Shown here one piece after another: positions 13,046-26,380 of a stretch of DNA of 64,000 nucleotides (position 1 is the stretch's first letter; each line of letters opens with the position of its first letter). The stretch comes from Felis catus. Taxonomy: Eukaryota. A model generated the notes under the pieces. That model saw only the letters and a list, made by a program, of their open reading frames with translations, did not search any database and was not told the DNA's origin. The stretch lies in contig NC_058382.1 of NCBI RefSeq assembly GCF_018350175.1, positions 56,236,001 to 56,300,000 on the forward strand. The letters run 5' to 3'. Both the position numbers and the translations under genes were made by a program.

Positions 13046-14339
13046 TGGTCTGTGGAGGTTTTGCAGAGCATCTTTCATGTAGTAAGAGCTCAGTGAATGT
13101 TAGTCATAATTACATCTTTTCTCATCCATCACCTCTGTACGCACGTCCAGTCCCTATGTGCATTTGCACCCTGCCACTTATGTCTTAAGGACACGACATG
13201 ATTTGAGGTATGTCTTCTTCATTCTGCACCCATTTATTATTTTCTGTTTCCTTAGTGCTTTTCACTTCCTGCCTCCCTTTCCAAACCTCCACTACCAACC
13301 AGATGTTTGACCTCTTTTTTCAAAATCCAGATAATTTCCTTTCTGAATTCTTACTGCTCTGACTCTCTACTTTTAATCTGGTTATGTTGTCATGATCATC
13401 TAGATAGATTAAAAGTCCTTGAGGGAAAAGATGACTTTATATTCATTATTAAAACCCCCTACAGTGCCTACTCTGTGTAAAGCCTGCACAGAGGAGGCAA
13501 GCGACTCATGCTTGTCAATGTGAACTACTTTGGCAATTCCATTTTTATACAATTCTTGCAATGATAAAAAAAAAAAAATAAATTCTTGAGAATGCATTTA
13601 TAGCCCTCTCTTTGGGTCACTTAGCACAAGTCGTCTTGCATTGTTTGGAATTCCTATAACCCATTTAAATAAGCTTATTGTCCATGCACATGAGGATTAT
13701 TCAGTATGTTCAAGCAAATAGTGACCAACACTGACAATGGATACTTTTCCGTCTCTACCTACTCTGCTGGTCCAGCATTGAAGCCATTGTTGCTCACATG
13801 AATGTACACCTGCCAGACTGTGGCCAGGGCCTCAGACGTGGAACTGCCGCTTTCATTTTAATTTAAGAAAAATAGAAATTGACTGGGAGGTATTTATGCA
13901 AATCAGGAAGGTTCTGAGGAATTATCTGGCAGCCATGTTAATGGATGTTCCGTTCTTAGAAATGAATCTCACATTTTGCTTCTCCCATCAGAAGGGGCTC
14001 TGTGTAGTCATTTATGCCCGCAGATGATTGGATCTGACCAGAAGACACTTGACGCACCTCATGCATGGCAATGAATCCAAATCCTATTTTGTCGGGAGTG
14101 TCCCTCAAGCGACAGTGGAGATCACTTTGGACTGGGGAAAGGGCGGTCATGGGAGGGCCTTCCAAGTGGCAGAATTTTCTGCCTTTTCCATATCACTGAA
14201 TTCCTCAGGAAATGCTGTGCACTTGAGCCACACCTGAAGCAGTACTTCTTCAGGTGAGAAAAGTAAACTTACCTTAAGTTGTTTTAAACACAACGTTTGT
14301 GGTAGTTTGTTACGGCAGCCCTAGGAGATGAATACAGTG

Positions 14340-14700
14340 AACTTAACAGACAAAAATCCCTGCCCTTGTGATGTTTTCATTCCAGCTGGGTGCAGACACC
14401 CAAGAAATAAGTAAAATGTATTGTTTTTTTATTGTGATCAGTAAGATAGAGCATAATGAAGCAGGACAAAGAGACTGGGATTAAGGGAAGGGGTGTGGTT
14501 GTAAATTAAGCCTCATTAGGCAAGACCTTACTAAGAAGGGGATGTTCAAGTGGGACTTGAAGGAAGAGAGGGAACACATCACGTAGCGGTATGGAGGAAA
14601 AGCCTTGGAGACAGAGGGGTATGAAATGTTCCCAGTCCTGGGACTGGAGGTGCCTGGCATATTGAAGGAACTATCAGGAAGCAAGGGTCAAAAGACCAGA
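14340..14700 (-). mobile_element. L2 LINE fragment
   Basis: cagacaaaaatccctgccctt…gacttgaaggaagagaggg…gtgcctggcatattgaaggaac typical of antisense L2 3' region. Confidence 0.7.
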
Positions 14701-16173
14701 ACATGTAGAGCTTTTTTTTACTTGGGTTTATCCATTTACTCAGCATATCTTCATTGAGCATATACTATGTATATTATTTCATGGCATTCTTACAACAGCC
14801 TAGAGTGGTAGGTATAAAATCCCCACTTAACAGATAAAGCTCTGATGCTCTGCTTAAGATTACTCAGCTCATATATAGTGGCACTGGAATAGGAATCCAA
14901 ATTCAATGTCCTTTCTCCAGCACAGGAATGGCTTATATAAATATTTGTTATCTTGTTTAAAATTCACCTGCAAGTGTTTAAACTCATATGACAATCTCAA
15001 TAAGCTCGCTTGCTTCTGAGGTCAATGCAAATGTGCTTTGAGCCAAGAAGTGTCCTTGGGAGATTAGAGGGGCTCCTACTTTGGCAAAGGTTGGGCTGTG
15101 CACCGCTGTCTCCCATTATGTCCTTGGACTCGTGCAGTAGCTTTGTGACTCCAGGTAGCACTGGACTGAAAATTTATCTCTTTAAATGGCTTAAGTGTGT
15201 GTGTTTTTCTTAATATCCCAAAAAGCCATATTCATGAAGAGGGACAAAAGGAGAAATGCCGTGTAAGGAGAATAAATAAATGTAAAAATCAGGGTAGTCA
15301 CACATTATCATTGGTAACAGCCCCTCAACACAGAAAAGAGAACAGAGAAGACACCTATTCCTAATCCAAGCAGTTGTATCCCAGTTGCAAACCTCTTAGG
15401 CTTGATCCGATTTGCCTCCCATATTGCTCACTGTATGTCATGTCCTGGTGTGTTACCAGAAGAAACCAGGGAAATACACTGGTGGAGGAACCAAAACCAA
15501 GCTCTACCTTCTGCTCCTAACATTAGAGCACAGAGGGGATTACTAAGTCCCCTGGGCAACTCCTACTCTTCCATTCAAAGGACCCTCTGAATATTTAATG
15601 GAAGTAGTTAAAGATATGTGATCAGTGCTTAACTGGCATACTCCATCTCCTAAATAATTCTGTATAAACAGAAGCTTGCATATTTATGATGCCTCTCTGC
15701 TACTTCTTTTATATTTTCATTTGGTTGGTTTGGGGAAAAATTCCAGGTGGATTTGCTTCATGTAAATACTATACTTCTTTATCATATTAATAAGGGAAGA
15801 GGTAGGAGAATCAAGACAATTCAGTGAGTTGTGCTGAAGTAGACGCTCAATAACTACTGTCTGAAAAATGATCTATGTAAATGAGGGAGATTCTGGCTTG
15901 GTGAGGAAATGTTCATGGGTTCAGGGATGTGGTTTCATAGAACAGAGCCTGGAAATAGAACATGCTCACAGGAGAACTGGACCCCATTCCTGACCCAGTG
16001 GATGTTGGCATTCTCCTATAGCCATTCTTGTCAATGGCAGGGAGTGGGATGGGGAAGGACAAAGAGAGGGACAGGGAAGGCTGAAAAAAAGCTCTGTAGG
16101 CTCAAAAGGATGTGTGTTGGAAAGAACTCTGAATTAACAATATATAGTGGCAACTCAGACCTGGGCATCCAAA

Positions 16174-16690
16174 TTAGTTAGGGGATTGGCTAATAGCTAC
16201 AATAAAGATGGTCCAAAAGCAGAGGCTTGAACAAAACAGAAATGTACATCTTTCTCGTAAACCAGTCGGGTCAGGCAGGGGATCCACAATGTAATCCAGG
16301 ACCCATGTTTGGAAAAGATCAGGGCTGTGGTTTGCCTTCTGTGATGGTATGTTCAGCACGGTGTAGTAGCTTTGCAACCCCAAGTATCATTGGACTGTTA
16401 GGTCATAGGCAGACCTGTTCTGACACCCTCTAGGGTACTATTGTCTTTCCTATGTCCTACACCATATCCAGCCTTCTAGAAGGGGACAAGAAGGAAGAGA
16501 AGAGGATGCATCTTTTTCTTTTTTTTTTAAGGACGTTTACTGCAAGCCTTCCTCCCACTTTCCTCCATTCTCCATTGACCAGAGGTGAATCACATGACCA
16601 CACGCAGCTGCAAGGGAGGCAGGGAAGTGCTTTCTAGCCAAGTAGCCATGTGCCCAGGTAAAGCCCAGCATGTGGAAGTAAGATTCCATT
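16174..16690. mobile_element. MaLR (MLT1K-like) LTR
   Basis: ccattgaccagaggtgaatcacatgaccacacgcagctgcaagggaggcagggaagtg motif. Confidence 0.7.
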
Positions 16691-17255
16691 ACTTCAGGAA
16701 GACCTAGCTTTCTGTTGGATTTTGGATGAATTTCTTGCTATATCTTAACTTAAAGACTTAGTCGGGAGAAGAGAGAATTTCTCCACCAAAGCCCATAAAT
16801 TCCAGGCTCTGCCCACCCCCCACCGCATTCTTTCTCCTTCTTCAAATCTCATTTATTTCTAGTCCCCTACCTTCTGTTGCATGTAGACATTGTAAAGTGT
16901 CATCCTAGAGTCACTTAGCTGCAAGCAAGAGACCTCTCAGAGCTCATTGTCCCTCCCACACTGATCTAGGCCACTCCCACCAACAACCTTAAGCCTTGAA
17001 ATGTCCAGTTTCCAGGTAGAGCACTGAACGCTATCTTCCTAATGCGAAGGACCAAGACAAAGGAGAATCTCCAGCTAGGTGTGTGTCTATCTTCTTTTCC
17101 TCCCAGATGCGCAGGACTTGTCCCCTGGTACACTATGCTTCAGAAGCAATGTTCACTCATCACAGTTCATACTCACATCCTCCCCAGGAGCAGCCTAGTT
17201 GATTCTCTGTCTCAGACAGGAGAACTAGGCTCTGCACATTTTGCTTTGTCTTCAT

Positions 17256-17441
17256 TTTTTTAATTATTCTTTTTTATTTGAGAGGGAGAGAGCACAAGAA
17301 GGGGAGAAGGGCAGAGGAAGAGAGAGAGGATCTCAAGCAGGCTCCACATTCGGTGTGAAGCCTGAGGTGGAGCTTGATCCCACGACCCTGAGATCATGAC
17401 TTGAGCCAAAATTAAGAGGTGGATGCTTAACTGAACCAACC
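17256..17441 (-). mobile_element. Older Can-SINE, 5' end degraded
   Basis: tctcaagcaggctccac…gagatcatgacttgagccaaaattaagag. Confidence 0.85.
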
Positions 17442-17879
17442 ACTCTCAATCTCTTTAAAATAATTCGTACCAGGACGTTTAAGACAAAAATTATAGAAGG
17501 TCATAGGGTATCCTTGTTGATAGTGGTTCAACACAAATAGAAGACATTGAAAGATTTGCTTTAAAATATGACCTCTGCTCCGTTATTCAGAACATCCTGG
17601 TCCTGCAATGAGTGTTTTGTTTGTCATTCATTTTTAATGAGTCAAGAGTCCTTAATTTTCAATTTACGGTGTAATTTAAAATCATTTTGAAATGTACTCT
17701 GTCTAGGTTCAGCCCTGCATTTAGTGTCCTTGAAGTCAGTAGCTTAAGGTGGCTTGTGTTTTAGGTACACAATGCTGAATTGAAACTCAAATCCTTTCTG
17801 GTAATACATAATAAATAATCCTTTAACTCAAAATTTTATGGTAATTTTCATCTTCTGGATACTCAAGGAGGGTACTTTC

Positions 17880-18107
17880 TTTTTTTTTTTTTAATTTTTT
17901 TTTTCAACGTTTATTTATTTTTGGGACAGAGAGAGACAGAGCATGAACGGGGGAGGGGCAGAGAGAGAGGGAGACACAGAATCGGAAACAGGCTCCAGGC
18001 TCTGAGCCATCAGCCCAGAGACCGACGCGGGGCTCGAACTCACGGACCGTGAGATCGTGACCTGGCTGAAGTCGGACGCTTAACCGACTGCGCCACCCAG
18101 GCGCCCC
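17880..18107 (-). mobile_element. Very young felid SINEC_Fc
   Basis: CpG-rich and close to consensus; perfect TSD aaggagggtactttc at 17865-17879 and 18108-18122. Confidence 0.96.
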
Positions 18108-18801
18108 AAGGAGGGTACTTTCAAATCACAACCACATCGTTAACACATACAAAAAAGTCCCAACACAATAGTTAATTACTATGAAGGAGTTTATTGCCGT
18201 GTTAGGTGTCTGTTTTTAGACCCAAGTGAAAATATGATCTTCTGTTAATACAGAGAAAGGAAAAATGTGATCTGAGACATTTTCCCAGTTGCATAAGAAA
18301 ACAAAATTTAGACCCTATCTCATAAATGGTTTTGATGGACACAACTTAGTTTCTCTACGGCAGCTCCTTTGTGAAAAATGCTGAAACCTGCCTTTCTGGG
18401 GCACATCAAAGGCTTAGCCTGAGAGAGAAGAGGTGGCTGGGGAAGGCTGTCCCACTGCTTGACTGCTTGGTACACCATTCTCTGTGCTGCCATTCACTCA
18501 GTCTTTGTTGACAGCCCAGGTCCGAACAAGGATTATTCACTTTTGTAATCACTGGTGTGCTGGTGACCTGTGTAAACAAGAAAATAAGTGAAGTGAGCCA
18601 TAACTCCAACAGAGTGTGAGGGAAATGAGGAGCTGTTATTGATGTTTAAAATCTAGATCTTTTCAAAATGGCGGCAAATTTATATTCAAAAACTGGTTTC
18701 ATCCCAATGCAATATTTGACCGAGTTAGAGTAGAATAACTTCAGTTTCTGAAATTCACTCAAATAAGAATGATCTGATTTGCCATGAAAATGGTGCATCT
18801 A

Positions 18802-18990
18802 GGGCCACCTGGGTGGCCCAGTCAGTTGAGTGTCCAACTCCTGATTTTGGCTAAGGTCATGATCTCAGGGTCATGGGATTCAGCCCCATGTTGGCCTCCA
18901 CGCTGGGCCTGCTTGAGATTCTCTCTCTCTCTCCCTCTGCTTCTCTCTCTCTCTCTCTCTAAAATAAATAAATAAAATTTTAAAACATAC
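18802..18990 (+). mobile_element. Older Can-SINE
   Basis: Diverged TSD aaaatggtgcatcta / aaaatgttgcctcta (18787-18801, 18993-19007). Confidence 0.88.
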
Positions 18991-19548
18991 ATAAAATGTT
19001 GCCTCTATTCCATGTTCTCCAGAACACCTAGATGCAAGTGACTCACACTCCTATGATAGCTGTGGCCATATTACTGACTTTTTACTCTGCTGAACACCAT
19101 GGCAAGGGATCTATGAACACTCATTTATTCTTCAATCTGGTCCCATGAGTTTTGTGTATCAGTATGCAATCTATTTCACAGATGAGGAAACTACAGTTCA
19201 GAATGCAGGTTATCTTGTCCTTGGTTTTATAACTTGTTACGTTTTGAGCTGTGGGTCTCAAGTTCTCACTCTAAATTCTGTTGTTGCCTTGAGAAACTTT
19301 CCCTAAGGGCTAAAACACAAAAAAACTTGAGAGGAAATGTCTTGAAATTATTATGCATTTAAGGTTTTTTCTTCTCTTTTTCTTTTCTTATATTTATGTA
19401 CATGGCCAAAAAACAACTACAAAGATCACATTGTATTTGTCCTTTTCTCCAGTTGGTTATCTACCTACTGACTTTGCTAATTTCCCTCATCATTAATTGC
19501 TTGGTAGATGACAATAGCTAAGTAAAGGAATGAAAATGATGAAATCCA

Positions 19549-20211
19549 ATTCATTCATTGATTCATTGGTTGATTCACTGTGTATTGATTTATCATGTGC
19601 CAGGCACTTTTCCAGGCTATTGAACTACCCTGAACTTGCCCTCTTGAGAAAGATGAAAACAGTAAGTAGTGTAAATATACTGTGGAATACATTTTGATAA
19701 TGGGAAGTGCCAAAGACAAAAAAAGAAGCAGAGAAATGTCAGGGTAGGGAAATATTGAAATGTTAGATGGGAGGCCATCTAACAAAGGTAACACTTGAGT
19801 AGGTATTGAGAGGAAGTTAGGAAATAGGGGAGAGCCTTAAGTGTGTAGGGAAAGACCATTGCAGCAGAGGGCATAGCACATGTAAAGGTCCTGGGGCAGG
19901 AGCATGCCTGGGAGTTTGAGAAAGAGCCAGGAGGCCAGTGAGTCTAGAGTGAGTAAGTGAAGGCAGAGGAGAAGGACACAATGCATAATATGAACTAGTT
20001 ACGTAGGTTGTCATTGCTTAGGGTAAGAACTTGGCTTTGACTCCAAATGAGATGCTTTTGAGTAAAGGGGTTACAGAAACATGAAATGGGCCTTTCTTGG
20101 CTGTATTGAGGCTATTTGGGGTGGGTATGGATGGGGAGGAAACTGGGGGCACCAGTGTGGAAGCTATCGGAGTATTCCAGGCAGAAGACTATGGTAGTCC
20201 TGGCCAGGATG
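19549..20211 (-). mobile_element. L2 LINE 3' region
   Basis: Begins with the tcattcatt tail; atgtgccaggcact and catgtaaaggtcctggggcaggagcatgcctgg motifs. Confidence 0.8.
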
Positions 20212-20456
20212 AGGTCTTCCTCCTTCCTTTCAGTTTCATAAATTGGTGCTTCAAGTCTACCACATCGAAGAGGATGAGTGATCGAATGACATATAACTGG
20301 TCCTTTATATGTGATCCTCCATTATATTGCATTTTCTGAGGAAACACATCTCCTTTGGGAGACTGTGTTCCAGAAAAACAGCCCTCTTGATTTAAGCAGA
20401 GTGGATCAGTAAGAGTTGGTGGTTTTTTTTCATTTGATTAGATTATGGTGTTTATT

Positions 20457-20665
20457 TTTTTATTTTTTTAACGTTTATTCATTTTTTGAGAGACAGAGCG
20501 TGAGTGGGGGAGGAACAGAGAGAGAGGGGGACACAGAATCCAAAGCAGGCTCCAGGCTCTGAACTGAGAGCACAGAGCCCGACGCGGGGCTCGAACTCAC
20601 AAACTGTGAGATTATGACCTGAGCCGAAGTCGGGAGTTCAACCGACTGAGCCGCCCAGTCGCCCC
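20457..20665 (-). mobile_element. Can-SINE (SINEC_Fc type)
   Basis: TSD tagattatg(g/a)tgtttatt at 20439-20456 and 20666-20683. Confidence 0.94.
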
Positions 20666-20778
20666 TAGATTATGATGTTTATTAAATGAGAAGTGCGGTG
20701 GTTGAGTCCATTATTTAAACAAACTTACACACGCAACTATTTTAGGGGCCCTCCTATCTTACAGATGCTTCACGTCCA

Positions 20779-20780
20779 TT

Positions 20781-20860
<80 letters not shown>
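20779..20860. repeat. (TTTC)n tetranucleotide STR, about 20 units
   Basis: Direct reading; uninterrupted. Confidence 0.95.
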
Positions 20861-21040
20861 AAGACAACTCTAGGCAACAGGCATAATTATTCCCATTTTG
20901 CAGATCAGAAAATCAACTGTTGGAGATTCTGTGTAAAATCTCATACAGCTGGGCAGAAAGACTCTTCACATCTGTACACTCTGGCTCCAAAGCTCCCTGT
21001 ATATGTAATAGATATTCTTTCTTTTAAAAAGATTAGTTTT

Positions 21041-21252
21041 GGGGCGCCTGGGTGGCGCAGTCGGTTAAGCGTCCGACTTCAGCCAGGTCACGATCTCGCG
21101 GTCTGTGAGTTCGAGCCCCGCGTCGGGCTCTGTGCTGACACGTCAGAGCCTGGAGCCTGTTTCAGATTCTGTGTCTCCCTCTCTCTCTGCCCCTCCCCCG
21201 TTCATGCTGTGTCTCTCTCTGTCCCAAAAATAAATAAACGTTGAAAAAAAAA
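21041..21252 (+). mobile_element. Young felid SINEC_Fc
   Basis: ggggcgcctgggtggcgcagtcgg head; TSD taaaaagattagttt at 21025-21039 and 21253-21267. Confidence 0.95.
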
Positions 21253-21360
21253 TAAAAAGATTAGTTTCAAATAGTGCTTACTTGATGCTGGATAATGTTT
21301 TTAATTGAATTATTGATTCAGTAGCTGTCCAATCATCTGGAAGATTATTTGCGCTGGGAG

Positions 21361-21541
21361 CTATCATTCTTGAATGTGAACCGGAATCCGCTGGAGGGCA
21401 TGTTCAAACACAGGTGGCAGGGCTCTGCCCCAGAGTCTCTCATTTACCCGGCCTCAGGTGGGGCCCATGAGTCTGCATTTCCAACAAGCTCCTACGTGAT
21501 GCTGATGCTGCTAGTTTGTGGGGCCACACTTTGAGAATCTC
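21361..21541. mobile_element. MER5A MITE
   Basis: tctgcatttccaacaagctcc…tgatgctgatgctgct…ccacactttgagaa. Confidence 0.8.
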
Positions 21542-22539
21542 CCGTCTATGCCAATCCTATTCCTTTCCCCATAAACACATTGAAGATCAGAGAGGTTACC
21601 TATTTTCAACATCAGTAAAAACCCTTCCCACTTGAATTAACTATGACCGGAAACTTGAACTACAGAGAAACAAAGCTAACTCTCCGAAATGAAAATTGGG
21701 GGTTTGTTGCTTCTTTGTTTGTTTTCAGTCAAAAGTAGAAACCATACAGCCATCTTTGTTCTCACATTTTCTCCTAATTTATTATCTCCTTTTGAAAATT
21801 TAATCAAGAGGAACCCTGCCCCATCTCACACACATTTCATTTCTCCTGCCTATTTTCTTTCCTCCTTCCCACTTTGAAATTTCTGTTGTGCTTTGTAGTT
21901 GCTCAGGAGATTTTCAAAAACATCATCTTGTGGACAGATCTGCTACAAACAGGGTTGATGAAGGCTCTAGTGATAGCTACCCAGACTCCCACTGAATCAG
22001 AGTTAATTTTTTTTTTTATGGAATTAGAGATGATTTGTGAATCTTGGACTAGAAACCTCCTTTGGCAGAATCCGTCAGAATCCATTTTTGATGTCTGGCA
22101 CTAGTAGCGAACTTATTTGCAGTCAGTTGTGGGAACCAGCTGTTTGGTTCTCCTTGTCCTTTGACGCGGAGCTCAAATGTCATTTCTTCTGTGAAGCCTT
22201 CCATGGCTCAGGCTCAAACCAGACTACTTGTTCTACTTTTCTTCCTGGAGAACTCCGTTCACACTTCTGTGTTCCCCAGTATGCAACCCACCACCTAATT
22301 TGAAATGCCTGACTCACTGACCAGACTTGCTATCAATAAGGACAGAGGCTGACTGTCCATCTGTTTTATGCATATGGAACCCATCACAATTCTTTAGACT
22401 CCATTTGCTGAGCAGATGAGGGACAGCAGAGCAAAGTAGCGAGAGGCATGAGCTTTGAGTCAGGCAGACTTGTTTGGAGACCAAATTCTTCTATACCTGT
22501 CATAAAGGTGTAACTTCACAGGTATGAAGCTTCCCTGTA

Positions 22540-22728
22540 GGGGGCGCCTGAGTGGCTCACTGGGTTGAGCTTCTGACTTCCGCTCAGGTCATGCATAATC
22601 TGCTGTTCATGAGTTCAAGCCCCACGTGGGGCTCGCTGCTGTCAGTGTGGAGCCCATTTCAGTCCCCTAGCCCCTCTCCGCCCCTCCCCCTCTCTCACTC
22701 TCTCAAAAATAAACATTAAAAAATCATA
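22540..22728 (+). mobile_element. Can-SINE inserted in a MIR (~22430-22880)
   Basis: TSD aagcttccctgt at 22527-22538 and 22729-22740; MIR core ctcggtttcgtcatctgtaaaatggg follows. Confidence 0.9.
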
Positions 22729-23116
22729 AAGCTTCCCTGTTGGCTCGGTTTCGTCATCTGTAAAATGGGCAAACAGCACCAGTATCACTCAGAATTGTGA
22801 AAAATTAATATTATTTTTGTTTAAGCCTTGCAATGTCTCAACAACACCGCTTGACTTGTGGAAAGAGCTGAATAAATATTAAATATCAATCTGATGTTCA
22901 CAGGCACTCTTTAACCCCTATAGGGTTAGTTAAACTGAAATTGAGCCCTAACTTCATAGCCGCATAAGTTGTGGAGATCCAAAGCCCTTCCCTTAATTTA
23001 TATCAATTTCTAGGAGTTCACATCCTTATGACCTTTCTTGCCTCTGGGTCCCCTGCCTTTATGTTTTCTGCTTTTTTATGTGTACAGTGGAGACATGACC
23101 CCTATGCCAGATTGCA

Positions 23117-23117
<1 letters not shown>

Positions 23118-23153
<36 letters not shown>

Positions 23154-23163
23154 ACACACACAC
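23118..23163. repeat. (CA)n microsatellite
   Basis: Direct reading. Confidence 0.9.
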
Positions 23164-23528
23164 CTGCACACTTGTGAGCAAGGCAGAGTTTACTGAGGGT
23201 TTAAGGTTGCAAGGATACTTTCATGATCTTTCACTGTCTCTCTGGCTTCCCCCTTTCTTCTCTCCCTTCCACCCCCAAATCTGCTCCTCTCACCTTCCTG
23301 TCTGAATTATTCTTCTCCCAGTTCATCTTTCATTATGCAGAGCCCTTAGGAACCACTGTGTTTTACCTTCCTGAACTTCCACACTCAAACTCAACAAGAG
23401 GCTCCATAGAGCCAGGGGTCTCGTGCCTACCAGGGCCCACCTTCCTCAGAGGGTCTGTGGCTGAGCACTGCACCTGTTCTATCATTCCAGCTGTTACTAC
23501 TATTTTCAATTTTCTCACTATGAGGGAC

Positions 23529-23650
23529 TCCCTTCCTTCCTTCCTTGCTTCCTCCCTCCCTCCTTTCCTTCCTTCCTTGCTTCCTCCCTCCCTTCCTTCC
23601 TTCCTTCCTTCCTTCCTTCCTTCCTTCCTTCCTTCCTTCCTTTTTTTCCT
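23529..23650. repeat. (CCTT)n/(CCCT)n pyrimidine tract
   Basis: Direct reading. Confidence 0.92.
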
Positions 23651-24805
23651 AGTATTGCTGAGTTAATATCACCAGGTGTCATTGTCATGCCCATCCGAGT
23701 CCAAAACTGGGTCCTTCTTCCCAGGACTCTGATGATGAAGGAAGAATTCATATCCATGATACCCAGGCTTAAAAGGCACTAAGTAAGAACCCAGGAAACC
23801 ACCTAGTGCAAACTTATAAAACTACAGAGGGAATATGTGCTATAGTTTAAATGTGGGACTTTCCTGAGTTCAGTGGATTTTTAGGTACATAAAACACACA
23901 GTAATGATCCTTTTCCAGTTCCAATACAGCATCTGACTTTATGGAGATGTTAAACCAGTTTGAGGGTTTTTGGTTTCTATCTTTCTTCCTTTTGCCCCTT
24001 TGCTCAAAGAAATGGTGCTTTTTTTTTTTTTTTTTTTTTTAAGAAATGGTGCTTTGCTCTTTGCTAATGAGCTGGATCCTTGTCAGAAAAATAAGATAAA
24101 ATAAAATAACTATTTCTCTATCACCTTTGGGCTGAATAATTCCTATTTCATTTTCTGGGAAGCTAAATTTTCAAGGGACTTCACTGAGAGTGCAGAAAAG
24201 CAGACATCATAGTCATTTAGGGGAAAGTGATGACAGACTCTCTACAAGAAAAGAAACAAAAATTAATGACAAATCGCATTAAAAGATGACAGATTATTTT
24301 CATTGTGGGAAACAGACCTTGAAGACAAACAGTTTTATGTGTGAATTTGATCAAAAGCATGATTCTCAGCTAATTTCTTGGTTGTAAATTAAATTATGGC
24401 TTTAGAGACATAAAAATATAGATATACACAATTTCCTTCTGCTCTTCTGGATATATTCATCTTTGCAATGAACGCTTGTCCATATATTTAATGACTGCAG
24501 ATAATGGATTTTAAAAGTGTATTTAAAAAGTTAATCCTCTTGAGGACCTATTTTGAATGGAAAATATCTCCCAGCAGATTTTATTTTGGAAAATTAAAGG
24601 CAATACTCAGGCATTGAGATAAAATTTAGGTAAGTGTATGTGAGTCATTTTCCCCTCTCTGCTGATAGTCTTCGTGGCTAATCACGAAACTGACTGCAAA
24701 GCACGTTGTAGATGAGTATACTTGCCCTAGCACCCAGGTGGCTGAGAGCAGATACCTTGAAGAGTGTGGTGGGGGGCAGGGTAGGGATGTGACCTTGGCC
24801 TGTAG

Positions 24806-25017
24806 CATAGATCAGCAAACTTTTTCTGCCAAGATCCAGGTAATAAATATTTTAGGCTTTGTGAACCGGACGGTCTATTTTACAACTATTTGATCCTGCA
24901 GTTGTAGACCAAAAACAGCCACAGACAACATGTAAATAAAGAGTGTGGCTGTGTTCCAATAAAACTCTGTTGACAAAAGCAGATTGTGAGCTGCAGGCTG
25001 TAAACTCCTGACTCCTG
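24806..25017. mobile_element. MER58A hAT-Charlie MITE
   Basis: cagcaaactttttctg…taaatattttaggctttg…gtggctgtgttccaataaaact. Confidence 0.85.
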
Positions 25018-25789
25018 GCTTAGAGGGATACTTGGTCACACGCCGACCCACAAGCTTCTTGTTTCTCATTTTCACAATCTCTGTATACGTCCCAAACACT
25101 GGTCCACAAAGCGGGGATTAAAACCTCAGGAAGAGCCCTGACACTCCCTGCTGTCCATCAGCACAGGACAGGAGCAGAAAAACAGAAAGGGCGTTAAGGA
25201 CACCGGTTCTCCTTTCAAAGTTGGGTGCCACTGTTTTATCTGGTGTCAGAACCGTTTGACAGATCACAACACACAGATTGAGGCATTTACAAAATATGTA
25301 CTAAGTGCCTACTGTTTGGCTCTGTGCTAGTACTGAAATACATGGGTTACTGCGCTGATCAAGTCCCTGCAGGTGTGAGGCTTTTTTTCTGGTAAAGGAG
25401 AGGCACAGCATGAGAGGGAAGGGAGCCCAGACAGAGAGGGAGGCGTTGAAGTGAGTCTCCTCTCTGAAGGTGGGACTCTGGTAAGGAGCTGCATACTGGC
25501 AGAGAAACATTGGCCTCTTGCATGTGAGCAGGTGTAATAAAACACAGATGCCTGGTGTCAGCTGAACAACAGAGAGAACATGGCTTAAGACACAGTTCCC
25601 TCCTTTAAGAAGCTTCGAGTCTGGCAAGGGAAAAAAAGCAAGCAACAATTTGAATGACAACTTGACAGTCTGAATTCCTAAATACTCTGGCAGACCCCGA
25701 AATTCACAGGAAAGGAAATAAAGCCAGTTCTATGAGCCAATGCCTAGTAACCTCACAATTCTTCATTAATACACATACTAACAACACAC

Positions 25790-26380
25790 CTTTCTTTCAA
25801 CTATCAAACTGGCAAAAAATACAAAGACTGTGTTTTCCACTGTTAGTGTGAGGAAAGAGAACTCTAATGCACTTTGGATTAGAGTCCAAATCAATAAAGC
25901 CTTTCTGGGTGGAGCATTTGTCAGTGTCTAAGTAAATTTTAAATGGGTATTTCTTTTGAATCAGCAGTTTCCAAGATGAGTCTCAACTGGAGAAAAATAC
26001 TTGCACATATGCGCAAAAAGGCAGGTGTAAAGTGTTTACTACTACATAGTTAATAATTTTGAAACAGGAAAAACTGAGCGTCCAGCCACAGGGAACTGTT
26101 TTAATAATAGCACATCCATACTAAGAGCTGTTATGCAGTCATGGAGAAGAATCAAGTAGGTCCATATGAATATACATAAAATGTATTAGAAAAAATGTGT
26201 GTAATAGAAGAACAAGATTACTTATGGGATGTGTGTGGGTATAGTTTGTAAATCTGGTAGAATATATGTCAAATTGTGTGGTGGTTAATGGGACAAATGA
26301 GAGGCGACGAATGGTAAGTGGGTGTGTTTTCCACTTCACGCAAATAAAATTTTTAATTTTTTTGTATTTAAAAATAACCA
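25790..26380 (+). mobile_element. Old L1 (L1ME-like) 3' fragment
   Basis: ctatcaaactggcaaaaa…cttttgaatcagcagtttcca…aaatacttgcacatatg. Confidence 0.65.

Noticed and set aside
20693..21244. 183-aa ORF, the longest in the track
   Set aside because: Built from the TTTC repeat (FLSF repeats), MIR-like sequence and a SINE; no protein family resemblance.
23223..23757. ORFs with PSFL and GRKE repeats
   Set aside because: Translation of the (CCTT)n microsatellite.
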